Below are positions 43,077 to 57,192 of a stretch of 64,000 nt of DNA, one piece after another; within the stretch, counting starts at the first letter, position 1; every line of letters starts with the position of its first letter. The notes beneath the pieces are model-generated. The model ran no database searches. It saw only the letters and a list, made by a program, of their open reading frames with translations, and was not told the DNA's origin. Location: the NCBI RefSeq assembly GCF_009914755.1, contig NC_060930.1, one strand, 5' to 3'. Source of the stretch: the human T2T-CHM13v2.0 reference genome, Homo sapiens. Both the position numbers and the translations under genes were made by a program.

Positions 43077-46000
43077 GTATTTTTTTTTTTAAGTCTAATC
43101 CAATAACGTTGTAGAATTACCTTGTCCCTTAATTTGGTAGTGTTGGATGTTTCCTCATAGTTAGATGCAAATTATGCTGTCTTTTTTGTAGAAATAAATG
43201 GTGCAGAAGGGAGGCTGAGTTCTCAGTGCATCATGTTAGCAAGTACGTGAGGCTGACTTGTCTTATCACTGGTGATATTAACTTTTATCACTTCAATAAA
43301 ATGGCATCTGCCAAGTTTCTACATGATAAATTCAAGTAACAAGTATTTGGTGCTTAGTAACTAACAGGTAGTTAATAAATATTTTATAAGGAGCCACTAA
43401 AAACTATGTAAATATTCTGTTCTTCATTAGAATTTTATCTACCCATTTTAGCATCCGTTGATGATTCTCGTCAGAATCAATTATTACCAAATGGATGCCA
43501 TTATTACCAAATTGGTGCCAAATGGTGATTTTCTACCTTCTCATTCTTTGTAGATTTATAAGTTGGTATTCCACTGTGAAGTAGAAGTTTTTCTCCCCCG
43601 TTTACTTATTATTCATTCATTTATCTTTATCAGTACAGATTCATGGCATCTTACTTGATTCAATGGTCTATATTCCATTACTATCAGCATTTATTTTGAT
43701 GCTCAAGTTTTCCCAGATTTGGCCAGTGGGAATCTCATCAACTTGTGTCTTGTGTTCTTTCTACATGTCCCCGTCATCCTTTGAGCGGTTCCCTTACTTT
43801 ATAATAAAACAAGATGTTTCAGACTCACCTTTTATGTTCCCTGCACTATAATCAGCTATTTCTTTAAGGCTGTCTGGTTTTTTTTAGTAGAGAATAGTGT
43901 TTATTAACCAAGATCTGGGTGCTGTGTTTGCACATTGCTACTGGAAGGTTGCTGCTTCTAGGGAACAGAGATAGAAAAATATTTGAGTGTATACACGTGC
44001 ACACACACGTCTATATCAATTTCTAGATGTCTGTCTATACTTGAAAAATCTTATGCTTACATTGGTATTCCAATCCTAATCTAACACTCTAGGTTTGTTC
44101 TACTCTTTCCTCTTTCCATATTTATAACTCCCTCTTTGAGAAGAAACTGACCTATGTTGTTGTCAATATACTTACATTTTTGCTCAAGCCTCTGTGTACA
44201 CCCAATTCTCACACTTATGGGCTGCCTCCTTTGCTCTGATCCACTGGCCCTGACCCCAAAAAGACGTGATAATTCTTAATTGGCAAGATAGATGAAACTG
44301 AAGTAAGGAGAGAAAGAGACTGAATGTATAGAAAGAGAAATGAGAGAGAGAGAATATAGTATTCTGCATAGTCTGTAAAACCAAGCCCCATGCATTGTCT
44401 CAAGGCAGGTTTTTGACTTCTACAGCCTCAGTAGCCATGAGGTATGAAATATCTCTGTCGGGGAATATGAGTAATTTGCCATTTCTTCAATGATACAAAC
44501 AAACCTGATTTCCCTTATTTTGGGAGGGGGTTTGTGATCTCAAATGTGAAGCATAGTTAATAAGGATAAAACGTTACTTTTGCATTGAAAGCAAAAATCT
44601 TAGTGGAAGAACTTGAAAAGGCAAACTATATATATTATGGATAGTGCAAACATTTCTGTGTGTGTGTAAAGAATAAATAAGATTTTAATTGTTTTTATTA
44701 ATAAATTAAATAACCTAACCAGTAAAAAGTGCTAATAGAGCTGATGTAATGTATTTACAGCTCTTACTTACCTGGCTCTTAAATGACTTGGGTGTGTTTG
44801 TATTTGTGGGTAAGTGGGTATATGTGCACATGTGGACACACACTGAGAGTGGTGTGTTTCCCCACATCTGTCTACATCACCAGAGAGGTAGAGATAATTT
44901 CCTTTAGTTTTAGAAGAGGGACTTGGCAGAGACTACTCTTTTAGTTGAAAAATGTAAAATATCACATGAAGTGTTGATTTTTGGAGTGCTTTTCTTGCAT
45001 AACTACATGCTTTTTCAGACTACAGAAAGGTTAATGACAAAATCTGAAAGAATGATTTAGAAAGATTTTTATCTAAATAAAGCAAACTAGAAAGAAAGGA
45101 AGTTTATCACTGACATTATAAAAGTTACCCTTGGGAAAATAGTTACCTATAAATTAATCTGTGGCCCTTTGCTCTAAGAATGCCTTTTATATCTCCAGCT
45201 AACATCAGATCTTCTTGAAATCAATAGTAATCTGATTGCCTCCAGAGAACAGTTGCCCTCCTGTGTTTTAAGCCACAGAGGAACTGTACATTTTTGTGAT
45301 AAGCATAATTTAGAGGAGAATTATATTTTCTTTCTTAATCTATTACCTACTGGTGCTGCCTTATCCTGTTACTCACATTTCCTTTTCATCATTAAGTTGA
45401 TAGCACAGAAAAAGAAATGTGATATTAGTATTGGTAGCAGTGTACCTTAATTTGGAAGGGTAGGAAATAATAGCTTTCTTAAACTGTACCTCATGTGTTA
45501 CAAAGATTAGCCCCCGTGTCTAGGGTATCAGTTAACATTGCTCTCTGGTGGATTTTATCTTGTGTTCTGTAGACTGCGAAGAGATTTTTATAGAATTTTA
45601 GATGCAGAATGAATGAAAGGAGAAAAATCACCTTCAGTTGATGATGCAGGATGTTCGATGCTATTCCTCCTCCAGGTAGACTTCTAGTCTTCCACTATTT
45701 GTCTGCAAGCAATTTTCGTGTCACTTATAAATAATCAAAAAACGGAATCCATGTTAGGTTTAAAGAAAGGATTTAGGAATCTGAGCACGGCTTAGACTGA
45801 TACAAGGAGATAACAGAAAAAGCTGAAATAGAGGAAGGAAATGAGAGTGGAGGACTAATAATAGCAGGAAAATTTGAAGATATAGTTAATGTTCTGAGAA
45901 TTTTTCCACTGCAACTCAACTATTAGGCTTGTTAGGAGCATCTGAGTGTATTTAGCTTCATGAACTTCAACTCATATTTCTGGACGCCTAAGTTCAAGTT

Positions 46001-46478
46001 ATGTTGAAGAAGCATGCTCAGATGGTCTGGAGAAGTTAGGTGTTGAGGGTTGAATCACAGGAATGTGTTGGATAACCCTGGGTGTTACCTAGCTTTGAAA
46101 AGAAGATGATTCAGGCCAAGATCTATGTCCCAGTCACTAGGTGATTGTGCAGTATAGGTACAGTAAGAGACATTTCCTTGGCCTCCTGCTCAACAAGCTC
46201 AGAGCCAATGTACAGTACTTGGTCAGCAAAACAAGAGTCTTCTTTGAAGACTTAGACTGTGCAGTATAAGAAACTTGCTGCTATTGGAGAGCTTTGGAGA
46301 TCCACCTCTGGGAGGGGTGGATACCATTCTGACACATCCAATCACCATCATCAGTAGAGATCACTGATACATTGAAGAGGTGTGAGCTACTGGGAGATGG
46401 TTTTTGCTAGGAGGTTTACTCATTATTTATTTTCACTACCGCTGAGTCAAATTCAATGGGGGTAGATGGTATTTTCTT

Positions 46479-46863
46479 TCTTTTTTTTTTTTTTTTTTAT
46501 TATACTCTAAGTTTTAGGGTACATGTGCACATTGTGCAGGTTAGTTACATATGTATACATGTGCCATGCTGGTGCGCTGCACCCACTAACGTGTCATCTA
46601 GCATTAGGTATATCTCCCAATGCTATCCCTCCCCCCTCCCCCGACCCCACCACAGTCCCCAGAGTGTGATTTTCCCCTTCCTGTGTCCATGTGATCTCAT
46701 TGTTCAATTCCCACCTATGAGTGAGAATATGCGGTGTTTGGTTTTTTGTTCTTGCGATAGTTTACTGAGAATGATGGTTTCCAATTTCATCCATGTCCCT
46801 ACAAAGGACATGAACTCATCATTTTTTATGGCTGCATAGTATTCCATGGTGTATATGTGCCAC
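46479..46863 (-). mobile_element. L1HS pre-Ta (ACG/G) 3' end, heavily 5'-truncated (~390 bp)
   Basis: The reverse complement reads GCTAGATGAC-ACG-TTAGTGGG (CGT at 46590-46592) and CTTA-G-AGTATAA (C at 46507). Long poly(T) tail. TSD ATTTTCTT at 46471 and 46864. Confidence 0.93.
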
Positions 46864-47922
46864 ATTTTCTTAAGTACAGAATCTGGTCAATAGAGTTTCC
46901 TGGGTCACTTGAATCATGGTTACCTGTGGCATGGTATGGGGGTGAGAGGTGGGGTGACACATCCCCTTTCTAGACTTGAGAGACAGGCAGTGGACACCAA
47001 AAGTGGGAGGGATGTGGGTTGGCAGTCTGACTAATATGTCCCCTGATGATAGGCCAGCACATTCTGTTATTTCGGTTGGAGGCTGAAGTTATTTTGCTGG
47101 GCAGGCTGTATTTAAATTGCTTGTTTGGCTTCAGTAGTGGCAAAGATAGGAACACAGGTCCTTTGTGCATCCCCTTTGGAGGAGCACATTGTTAATTAAA
47201 CAGTGGGTGCCTACTTACCCAAAAAAGCATTGAAGTTAGATACAAAACATTTTTAAGCCTAGGACTTGAGCCATGTAGGCACTTAAAGAGAAGTCTAATC
47301 CTTGGCATAGCTGGCAAATACTTTATGGCTTATTGTCTGTACTTTCCTGAGTCTCAAGCACCTCCTGGAGTTCACAAGCTATCTGAAATTGCCCAGGAAG
47401 AAGTTCTGGTAATGCATTATGGGACCATCCATCTTTCCACGGATCTGCTGGTATACAAATCTCAAGAGAGCAAGATATTGGCGTAACATTGCCATGAGCT
47501 CAACAGAAGCTGACTCAGCTGCCTTTATGCCCAAAGGAAGAGTTCTCAGCCTAATAGATGCAGAAGAGAGTGACCAGCTTCTCCATGTTTTCCCATGGTG
47601 GGGGGAGGAGAAGGCTCTAGAATAATGTGGCATCTGGGAAAAGAGGAAATACAGGGAAGGTTGGCCTCAGTGTGAATTTCTACAAGGGGGAAATACCTCC
47701 CTCATTTGAATTATGAGAAGCAGAGTTGTAGGTAGGGGTGTTGCAGGAATAGGGTTGAGGAGGGGGCAGATAGAGCTATTAAGAGGTGTCACAAAGAGAC
47801 ACTGAGAGCTGCTAGTCCTGCAAGATATCATGGAATGAGTCAAGATTGGGACCTGGAAATCAGAGACAAGAGCATGAATTTGACAGTGGATAGATAAATG
47901 AGTTCTGTCTAAGAGCATCCTG

Positions 47923-48253
<331 letters not shown>

Positions 48254-48445
48254 TGAATTAACTACATAGGTTATAGAATATTCACTTGATTGTCATTATA
48301 CAAAAATGACATGTACTTTTTATATTGAATTGTTCACAGTTTTGTTCTTCTTTGAACACTATTCTTCCTAGATACCTAAACTTCATGAGCCATTTCAATT
48401 TTCTGGGCAATCATTGGCATGGTCTAACTTTCAACTTTATGTACC

Positions 48446-48877
48446 TGTATTAGTTTTCTATGCTGCTGTAACAAATTGTCACAAATTAAGTGGCTTAAAA
48501 CAATCCACATACCATGGGCTAAAATCAAGGGGCCAGGAGGGCTGCTTTCCTTTCTGGAAGTTCTAGGGCAGAATCTGTTTCCTTGCCTTTTCAGCTTCTA
48601 AAGGGCTGCCTGCATTCCTTGGCTCATGCCCCCTAATACCATCTTCAAAGCCAACAAAGTCAGGTTCAGTGCCTCTCATGTTGCATCTTACTGACCCTGC
48701 TCCCATCATCACAGCTCAGTCCCTGACTTTCTGTTCTGCCTCTCTGTGATTACATCGGGCCCACCTAGATAATCCAGGATAATCTCCCGAAGTCTCTTTT
48801 GCCATGCAAGGTAATACATTCACAGGTTCTGGGAGTTAGGCCATAAACATCATTGAGGGCCATTATTCTACCTACCA
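48446..48877 (-). mobile_element. MLT1C/D MaLR solo LTR
   Basis: TGTATTAGTTTTCTATGCTGCTGTAACAAAT...GGGCCCACCTAGATAATCCAGGATAATCTCCC...GGCCATTATTCTACCTACCA. Confidence 0.9.
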
Positions 48878-49147
48878 ATAAATAAGGGCATTGTTGATAC
48901 CGCCTGAAATGCAGAAGATGCTTGTTGTTCTATAGTGCATGTGGTTTATGTATGACATAAAGTATGACTCACTTTGGGGTACGCTGGCAAATGGACTTTT
49001 GGACAGTTCCAATTATCATCAGAATAGATTTGCTAATTTAATTCTACTTTTTAGAGTGGAATTAGATTCTGAAGTTTTAAAATTACGTGAGATTTGTTCT
49101 TCTAACAGAGGAGTCTGTAGCCTTTCATTGAAAAAAGAAGAGTCTGG

Positions 49148-49482
<335 letters not shown>

Positions 49483-49884
49483 TCATGATCCTGGCTTGCC
49501 ATTTTCTTAACTTTGAAATTATTCTAGTTTGTAAAAAAAAAAAAAAAAAACCAACAACAAAAACACTAATTGTGAATTAGATTGTACTCTGTATTCATTA
49601 AAAGAAAAACTTGACATGATATTTAGATGAACATATGCGGTTTACTAAAACAGATGGTAGAGAATTTTTACCCTCAAGCATGTATTTTTAAAAGTGTGTT
49701 TTTGTTTTTATGACTTTTTGAAGTGATTGGATTAAGGAGAGTAAGAAATTCTTCCTATAACAATCTATTTTCATTTGTTCTTTTTGGAGAAAAAAAGCTT
49801 TTTCATAGAGGTTGTCAAATGTTGCCATATGTTTAAGAATGAATTTGAACCATTCACTTTCTGAATCTTAATCCCTTCTGAATT

Positions 49885-49984
49885 ATACGTAATTTGACAG
49901 AAGTCAAATATGTTGACTTCTGTCAAATATATATATTTGTCAAATATATCTGTCAGGATATATGACGTCTGTCAAATTACGTAT
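49885..49984. repeat. Nested inverted repeat (complex palindrome)
   Basis: 22 bp outer arms (1 mismatch) and a perfect 16 bp inner hairpin. Confidence 0.95.
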
Positions 49985-50036
49985 TTGTTCAACTTAGGTC
50001 TGATAGTGGATGCTCCTAAGTACTTTGTTAGTCTAT

Positions 50037-50037
<1 letters not shown>

Positions 50038-50068
<31 letters not shown>
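50038..50068. repeat. (TTTA)n microsatellite
   Basis: Directly visible in the sequence. Confidence 0.9.
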
Positions 50069-50314
50069 CAAAGAACACTATAATTGTGCTCTTTCACTGG
50101 TTTTTATTTTAATGCCTGACTTGAGGTCAAGAATTATGTGTAGAAAGAGCACAGACAGAACAAAATCATAAGTTAATAACGCCGTTATATTACTGGAAAA
50201 ATTAAGCATGCAGAGCTAGTTATAGCAGTATAATATTTTGGGAAAATATTTAAATTATCGTATGCTCCTTAGGTTTTAAAAACCTATGTTTCATTCACTT
50301 AAGACAAGCAGATA

Positions 50315-50490
50315 ATGTGCTATTAAGAGCACAGACTCTGGAACCAGATTGCCTGGGTTAAAATTCTTGGCTCTCACTTTCTAGATTTATGTCCTTGGCA
50401 GGTTACTTGGCACCACTTGGTTTCACTTTTCTCACCTGTAAAATGGAGAGAGGACTAAATGAATTTATGCACATAAAACACTTGGAGCAA
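50315..50490 (+). mobile_element. MIR
   Basis: TTAAGAGCACAGACTCTGGAACCAGATTGCCTGGGTT...CTCACCTGTAAAATGG. Confidence 0.85.
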
Positions 50491-50947
50491 ATAAAAGTAT
50501 TTGCAATGATGATGATGATTGTTTATTATTATTATTAAGCTTTGGAGCAAAAGTATTCATTAAGTAATCATTACTGACCACCTACTAAGTATCAGACACT
50601 TTTCAAGTCTTAATGAATCATTAAATTAATCAGATCAACATCAGAAACAATTTAATGTTACAGTAACATTTTATAACCAATAGTACATTGCGGTTAACTT
50701 TTCATTAGTGTTCCATTTGAATAAGTCAGCTGAAAACAGATTTGCCTCTTCCTTAAAAATTAGAAAGCACATGCTATTTATTTGGGAGGGAACAAGCAGG
50801 AATTGCTCAAAATATACATAACCTACCAGAAACACAATGGCACCAATTCCTTGGAGTAAGAAGTGGAAAATTCATTTAAGAAGAGATGTGCTCCAGATCT
50901 AGCTGAGGGTACCCAGGGACAAAGTGGACATTTCAAGTTAAGCCCTG

Positions 50948-50999
50948 GGATGGATGGATGGATGGATGGATGGATGGATGGATGGATGGATGGATGGAT
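50948..50999. repeat. (GGAT)13 pure tetranucleotide STR
   Basis: Directly visible and uninterrupted. Confidence 0.98.
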
Positions 51000-52487
51000 T
51001 TTAGTGACGTTTAAGATTAACCATGTTTCACATTGCTAGAGGAAAGAGGTCTTAATGTACGTCTTTATATGGGCGTGCACCTCTGCACCTGGGTCCGCTG
51101 TAACCATGCATATGGCTTTGGCCTTGCTCATCCCACACAGCCATGTGAGCAGGCACCCTCTGCACTAATGACCCTCTCTAGGCCCAACTTCCCTATCTGG
51201 AAAATGCAGAAATCTTCAGCCATGTGTGAGCATCATTGTGAAGCGGGCAGAGCACATGGGCTAATTATATATTGTATGAGATTCCAGACACAAGAATTAA
51301 GTGTTCTCTGTGCTGTTCAGTCTACTTCCAAAATCCGGCTCAAATCCACCCCACTCTCACCATCTCTACTTGCCCTTTTGAGGCCATCATTTCTCTGCTG
51401 GACTCTGCACCAGCCTCTCCCTGTGATCACTGTGTTCTCCTGGTTTCATGACTCACAGACGAGTGTTCTCCTTATTTTTACCCTCGGTTTGTTTGGAATG
51501 GTTGGGGGTTCACTTTTATATATTCAGAAACACTTGTTTTAATACTTTGTTCTTTGTATTCCTCTTCTTTCTAATAGTTACTCATAGCTTCAATTCTCAA
51601 AACACAAAACAATTTTACCAACCCATCATTATGTATTTCTCTACTTGCTTTGGTCTGACCTAGGGACTATTATTTTGGAAGGTGTTTTAAAAAGTAATTT
51701 CATAGTTTGTGACTTAAAGTGCAAGAACATCCTGGGGTTAGTAGCACAGGAAAAGACTTGCATATCACTTTGTTAACATTTAAAAACCACCAGGCACTAC
51801 ACTTAAAAGATGGATGATGAATGCCACATAAAGCCTACAACTCCTGAAGCCTCTTGTCCATGAGGCTGGGTGAGTGAAAAACAGCAAAACCTGAGATCTG
51901 TGATTTTTAAGGTAATTGGAGAAACCAATACCTCCCTAAAATAGTTCCCTTAATAGAGTGACTTACTGAATTGCTCAAAGTTCAGACATGAGGAGGTGCT
52001 TTGTAGAATTTGCTGGAAACTGGACCACACCCACCAATTTCTTGCCAGTTTGTGGCAAGTGGGCCAGGTTTTGTCTGGCAACATGATGCATGCATTCAAA
52101 AACTGTATTTTCTATTATCCTTTCATTTCTACATTTATAGTATAACTAGTTTAGAGCACAAAAGAGATATGGCAATTAATATGGGAAGTGATAGACCCAA
52201 CACATATTCTATCCAATTCTATCCCCACAAAGACGACCGGACTAAGCAGCAGCCCCAGGGTCTTGCCGCATCGTTTCCTTTCGGGAGCACTCACCCACAA
52301 TGTGTTGGGTGCCACAATGCACTGAAAATGTGACCACTGCCCTTGATCATAGAACTATGGAACCTTAGTGCTAGATGAGACCTTAGAGGTTTTCTAGTCC
52401 AGTGGTTTTTTGGATTAGAAACTAGGAAGAGCATTACTTGGGGACTGTCAAGTAAAAACATTTTTAAAAATTCTACCATCAAGAAAT

Positions 52488-52781
52488 TACGCTAAGTGAA
52501 AGGAGCAAGATGCAAAAAGACACTGTTTTATGATTCCACTCATTTGAAGTACCTAGAGTAGTCAAATTCATAGAAACGAAAATAAAATGGTGGTTGCCAG
52601 AGACAGGGGGGAGGAGGAAATGGGGAGCTATTGTGTAATGTGTAGAGTTTCAGTTTGGGCTAATGAGAAAGTTATGGAGAGGGATAGTGGTGATGACTGC
52701 ACAACATTGTGAATGTATTTAATGCCACTGAACTGTCCACTTAAAAATGGTAAATTATATATGTATTTTGCCACAGTAAAA
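52488..52781 (+). mobile_element. L1MB-type 3' end
   Basis: CTAAGTGAAAGGAGC...GTACCTAGAGTAGTCAAATTCATAGAAAC...AATGCCACTGAACTGTCCACTTAAAAATGG. Confidence 0.88.
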
Positions 52782-53029
52782 TTCTGCTTTCATCACCGTT
52801 GCTTGAAAGAAAAGAAATTTTTACATTGAAAAGAAAGGAAAATTAAAAGAAAGATGAAAGAAAAAGAAAGAAAAGGGGGGGGTGGGAAGAATCAATCTTG
52901 AAGGAAATTCCTTTAAAATGATTAAATATAACTTTAGGAAGCAGATCAACACATTGCCCTTTGTGCCCTTTGCTTTCGTCTTTCTCACAGACTAGACCAG
53001 CGCCGACTGTTTCGCAGCCACATACCAGC

Positions 53030-53185
53030 ATCTGGAAGCTACTGTAACTTCTGCGGTACAATTCTCTCATTTTGCAGATGAAAAAATTCAGGTGCAGAGA
53101 GAGGAAGTGTCTTTTCCACAGCCACAGGGTGTATTTGTGACTGGGACAGTCATTTCATGACTCACAGACAAGTATTCTTTTTACT
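53030..53185 (-). mobile_element. MIR
   Basis: CTCTCATTTTGCAGATGAAAAAATTCAGGTGCAGAGAG. Confidence 0.65.
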
Positions 53186-53314
53186 TTATTATTATAGGAA
53201 ATTCGCCTTATAGTTTAGTTTTGTTTTATTAAGTCTTTATTGCTATTGGCTTCAGATTTAGTTATCACTTATAGAATCCCTTCTGAGTGCCAGGCATTGT
53301 ATTTTCTATTTTCA

Positions 53315-53725
53315 CTTAGCAGACATTTATATAGTGCTTATTGGAAGCAAGACACTGTGCTAAGTGCCCGACAAATAAGAAGTCATATAATCCTAACAGT
53401 AACCCTCAGAGATGAGAACAATTGTTATCCCCTATTTTAAAAATAAGGAAAACTAGCTGAGTGCGGTGGCTCATGCATGTGGTCCCAGCTACTCGGCAGG
53501 CTGAGGCAAGAAGATTGTTTGAGCCAAGGAGTTTAAGGCTGCAGAGAGCTATGATTGTGCCACTGCATTCCAGCCTGCACAGAGTACAGCCCTATCTCTT
53601 AAAAAAAATAAAAAAAAGAAAGTAGGTGGGGTGGAACTGAGACCCAGATTGCTTAAATACTTTCCCGAAGTCATATATAGGGCTAGTAAGTGGTGGATTC
53701 CAATTCAGTTTTGACTCACTGCAGT
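53315..53725 (-). mobile_element. MIR split by an Alu monomer
   Basis: CATTTATATAGTGCTTA...ACTGTGCTAAGTGC...TTATCCCCTATTTTA resumes after the insert with GGAACTGAGACCCAGA...GCTAGTAAGTGG. Confidence 0.75.
53455..53621 (+). mobile_element. Alu monomer (FRAM/FAM-like)
   Basis: Single arm with GGAGTTTAAGGCTGCAGAGAGCTATGATTG and an A tail. Confidence 0.85.
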
Positions 53726-53800
53726 TAAACTCAATTACCCAACCTGATGATAAACAATGGGTCTAATACTTGTAAATACATTTGGTAGAATATTAATTGA

Positions 53801-54060
<260 letters not shown>

Positions 54061-54960
54061 AGAATATTAATTGACTTTAAACCAAACACCGTAAATGTGT
54101 TCTTCCTGACTCTGAGATGTATCTGAGGATATTGTGAGATCTTTATTGAAATCATCCAAAATGGGATGCCAAGTTTTGGTGTGCATATTAATTTTTTTTA
54201 ATCCTTGAAAAAACTATCAACTGAACATCTTGCTTATGGATATAATTTACATGTCTTAGTATGAAGCCCTTAGGATCTGAGTACAGCACAAGTGTAATTT
54301 AAAGATGTAGCTGAGACAGACCAAAAACTGATCAGCATCCCATAGAGTGAAATAACCATGTGCCGCGTTAGGTTGGGGTGATGGTGTCAGGACTATCACA
54401 CATTGAGTTGGTTATAAACCTGATGGTGATTTAGTTGTTTGGAGGAGCATTTTCATCAGAAGTCCAAGTAATCTTGCATTGGAAAGTGAATTAGAAAATG
54501 CAAATCCAGTGGCATGAGCCTTAGGATACAATACCTTATTAGAGTTGGGATACCCAGTGGTGCAGTGTAGTCAGTTTCTATTTGGAGCTCGGTCAGATGA
54601 GTTTTAGTTGATATTTAGGTAAGGACTCAAAACTCCTGAAGTATTATATTCTTTGATTTGTTTTTCAACTTGCTTCTTAAAATTAACAAGCAATGCCAAG
54701 ACAGTATTGTATTTCTATCTTTTCTTTGTCATAACTGTCAGAACAAATAGCCCATAGAAAAGCATGAGAAAAAGCCTTCATCTCAAATCGTTAATAACAA
54801 GAAAAGAAAGTATAGGAGCTCCCTTATCCAACACCATTTGATGGAATCATTCTTGACCCCTTGTCCTCCTGAGAAAAAGCACCAGATCATTCATGACCTT
54901 CTCACCACTGCTTCATTTAGGACTATGAAGACAGTATCATAGGGTATAATGAAACAGTTA

Positions 54961-55332
<372 letters not shown>

Positions 55333-56259
55333 CTATAGAAAGAAAACTTAGCCTTGGCTTTAAATGAGGAGAACCAGAAAGTTCCAGGGAGAAAAAGTAT
55401 ATGTTCAAGATGAAAAGGATACCTTGTGGTCAGGGAAATTTAGGTGGAGGACAAGCAGGTTATAGATGTTCTAGTTTTGCTGGAAATAGTGTCACCTTTC
55501 CAACTGCCCACCTATAAACTTCACAGAGTTGTTCACTGTCTAGATCTCCAGCTCAGAGAAGCAGAGTGATTAAAATTCAACATGCATGAATCTCAATATT
55601 ATTTTTGAAAAACATGCCTTTAAAACCACCCATTTCATCAAAAAGGTTAAAGGGAAAAACATTTCTCAAGATCTAAGCACAGTCTTAAGGGCTGGCGTAA
55701 ACCGTGACAGTTTAAGAATGAAGTGTTTTTCTTATCAATATGAGCATTCTGTGAAATGGTTGATTTTGACAGAGGTAGTTGCTGTGTTGACCTTTTCACC
55801 GTCTTGTTTTTTGTTCATAAATTGATGCTGTTATTGAAACAATATGGGTAAGAGTCTGTCTTAGATATGTAATTTTTTCCATTTATTGTCTCCATGGTTT
55901 TACTTTGTTTAACAGATTTTAAAGACTTCAAAAGAATAGCACTAATATACCCAGGAGAAAAAGTCACATAAAGTTATAAGGTTCATTCCATTTTAACCGT
56001 GAATACATTTAAACAAAGATAAATAACATCCAATGTCAAAATAATCTTAATTCCTTGACCACATTTTAAAAATAAAACAATTTATTACCATTTAGTTACA
56101 TCTTACAGGAAAACCCTTAGATACCAGTAGGTAACCATTAGATTTTTCTAGGTGAAAGTCAATCATTTCTGAGGAAGCATTCTCTTTACCAAAGCAGCAT
56201 TATTTCCAATAAGGAAGCCACTCATTCATTTAGTCCTTGGTTTATTAAACAGTTACTGA

Positions 56260-56595
<336 letters not shown>

Positions 56596-56869
56596 CTATG
56601 CTATGTGGGGGGATTTTTAAATTTGAAAAATACAGACCCTGCTATCATGGCATCCACACTTTTAAAGATAAATTTCTTCCACAGTTTGCTAATAGAAAAC
56701 AGCCATTTAGCATGACCTATTAATATGGAGTGCCCAAAGTATACAAATAAATAGTCAATCTTTAAGGCAATATGTTGCTACCAACTCTAAATTTTATCCC
56801 AAGAAACTTGAAAACTTTTTATTGAATTAAATAGGAATATAAAACATGTTATGATCCCTATGCAATATA

Positions 56870-57192
56870 CTAAGCCCTCTGGATCCTCAGGTTCTGTGTC
56901 TGTGGATTCAGTCAACCAATGATCAAAAATATTCAGAAAAACACAATAAAAAATAATAATATAACAATAAAAATAATACAATTAAAAAATTACAGTATAA
57001 CTATTAATACATAGCATTTACATTGTATTTAGTACTATAAGTAATCTAGAGATTATTTAAGGTATACTGGAGGATGTATGTATGTTATATGCAAATACTA
57101 TGCCATATAATATCAGGGACTTGAGCATCCTTAGATTTTGGTGTCTGTGGGGTTCCTGGAACTGGTACCCCTTGAATACTGATGGATGACTG
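56870..57192 (-). mobile_element. MER2 (TcMar-Tigger MITE)
   Basis: GTGGATTCAGTCAACC...CATAGCATTTACATTGTATT..GTAATCTAGAGAT...AGGGACTTGAGCATCC...GGATGACTG. Confidence 0.88.

Noticed and set aside
45573-45675. Possible cassette exon (TTGTGTTCTGTAG acceptor ... CAG|GTAGAC donor)
   Set aside because: It has stops in all three frames and a weak donor. It could only be a non-coding or poison exon, and there is no support without RNA data.
45780-47920. Possible CR1/L3 and ancient LTR remnants flanking the L1HS
   Set aside because: Only vague motif resemblance; boundaries and family cannot be supported by eye.
51033-51542. 169 aa ORF
   Set aside because: Non-ATG start, overlaps MIR/L2-like fragments and has no recognisable protein features.
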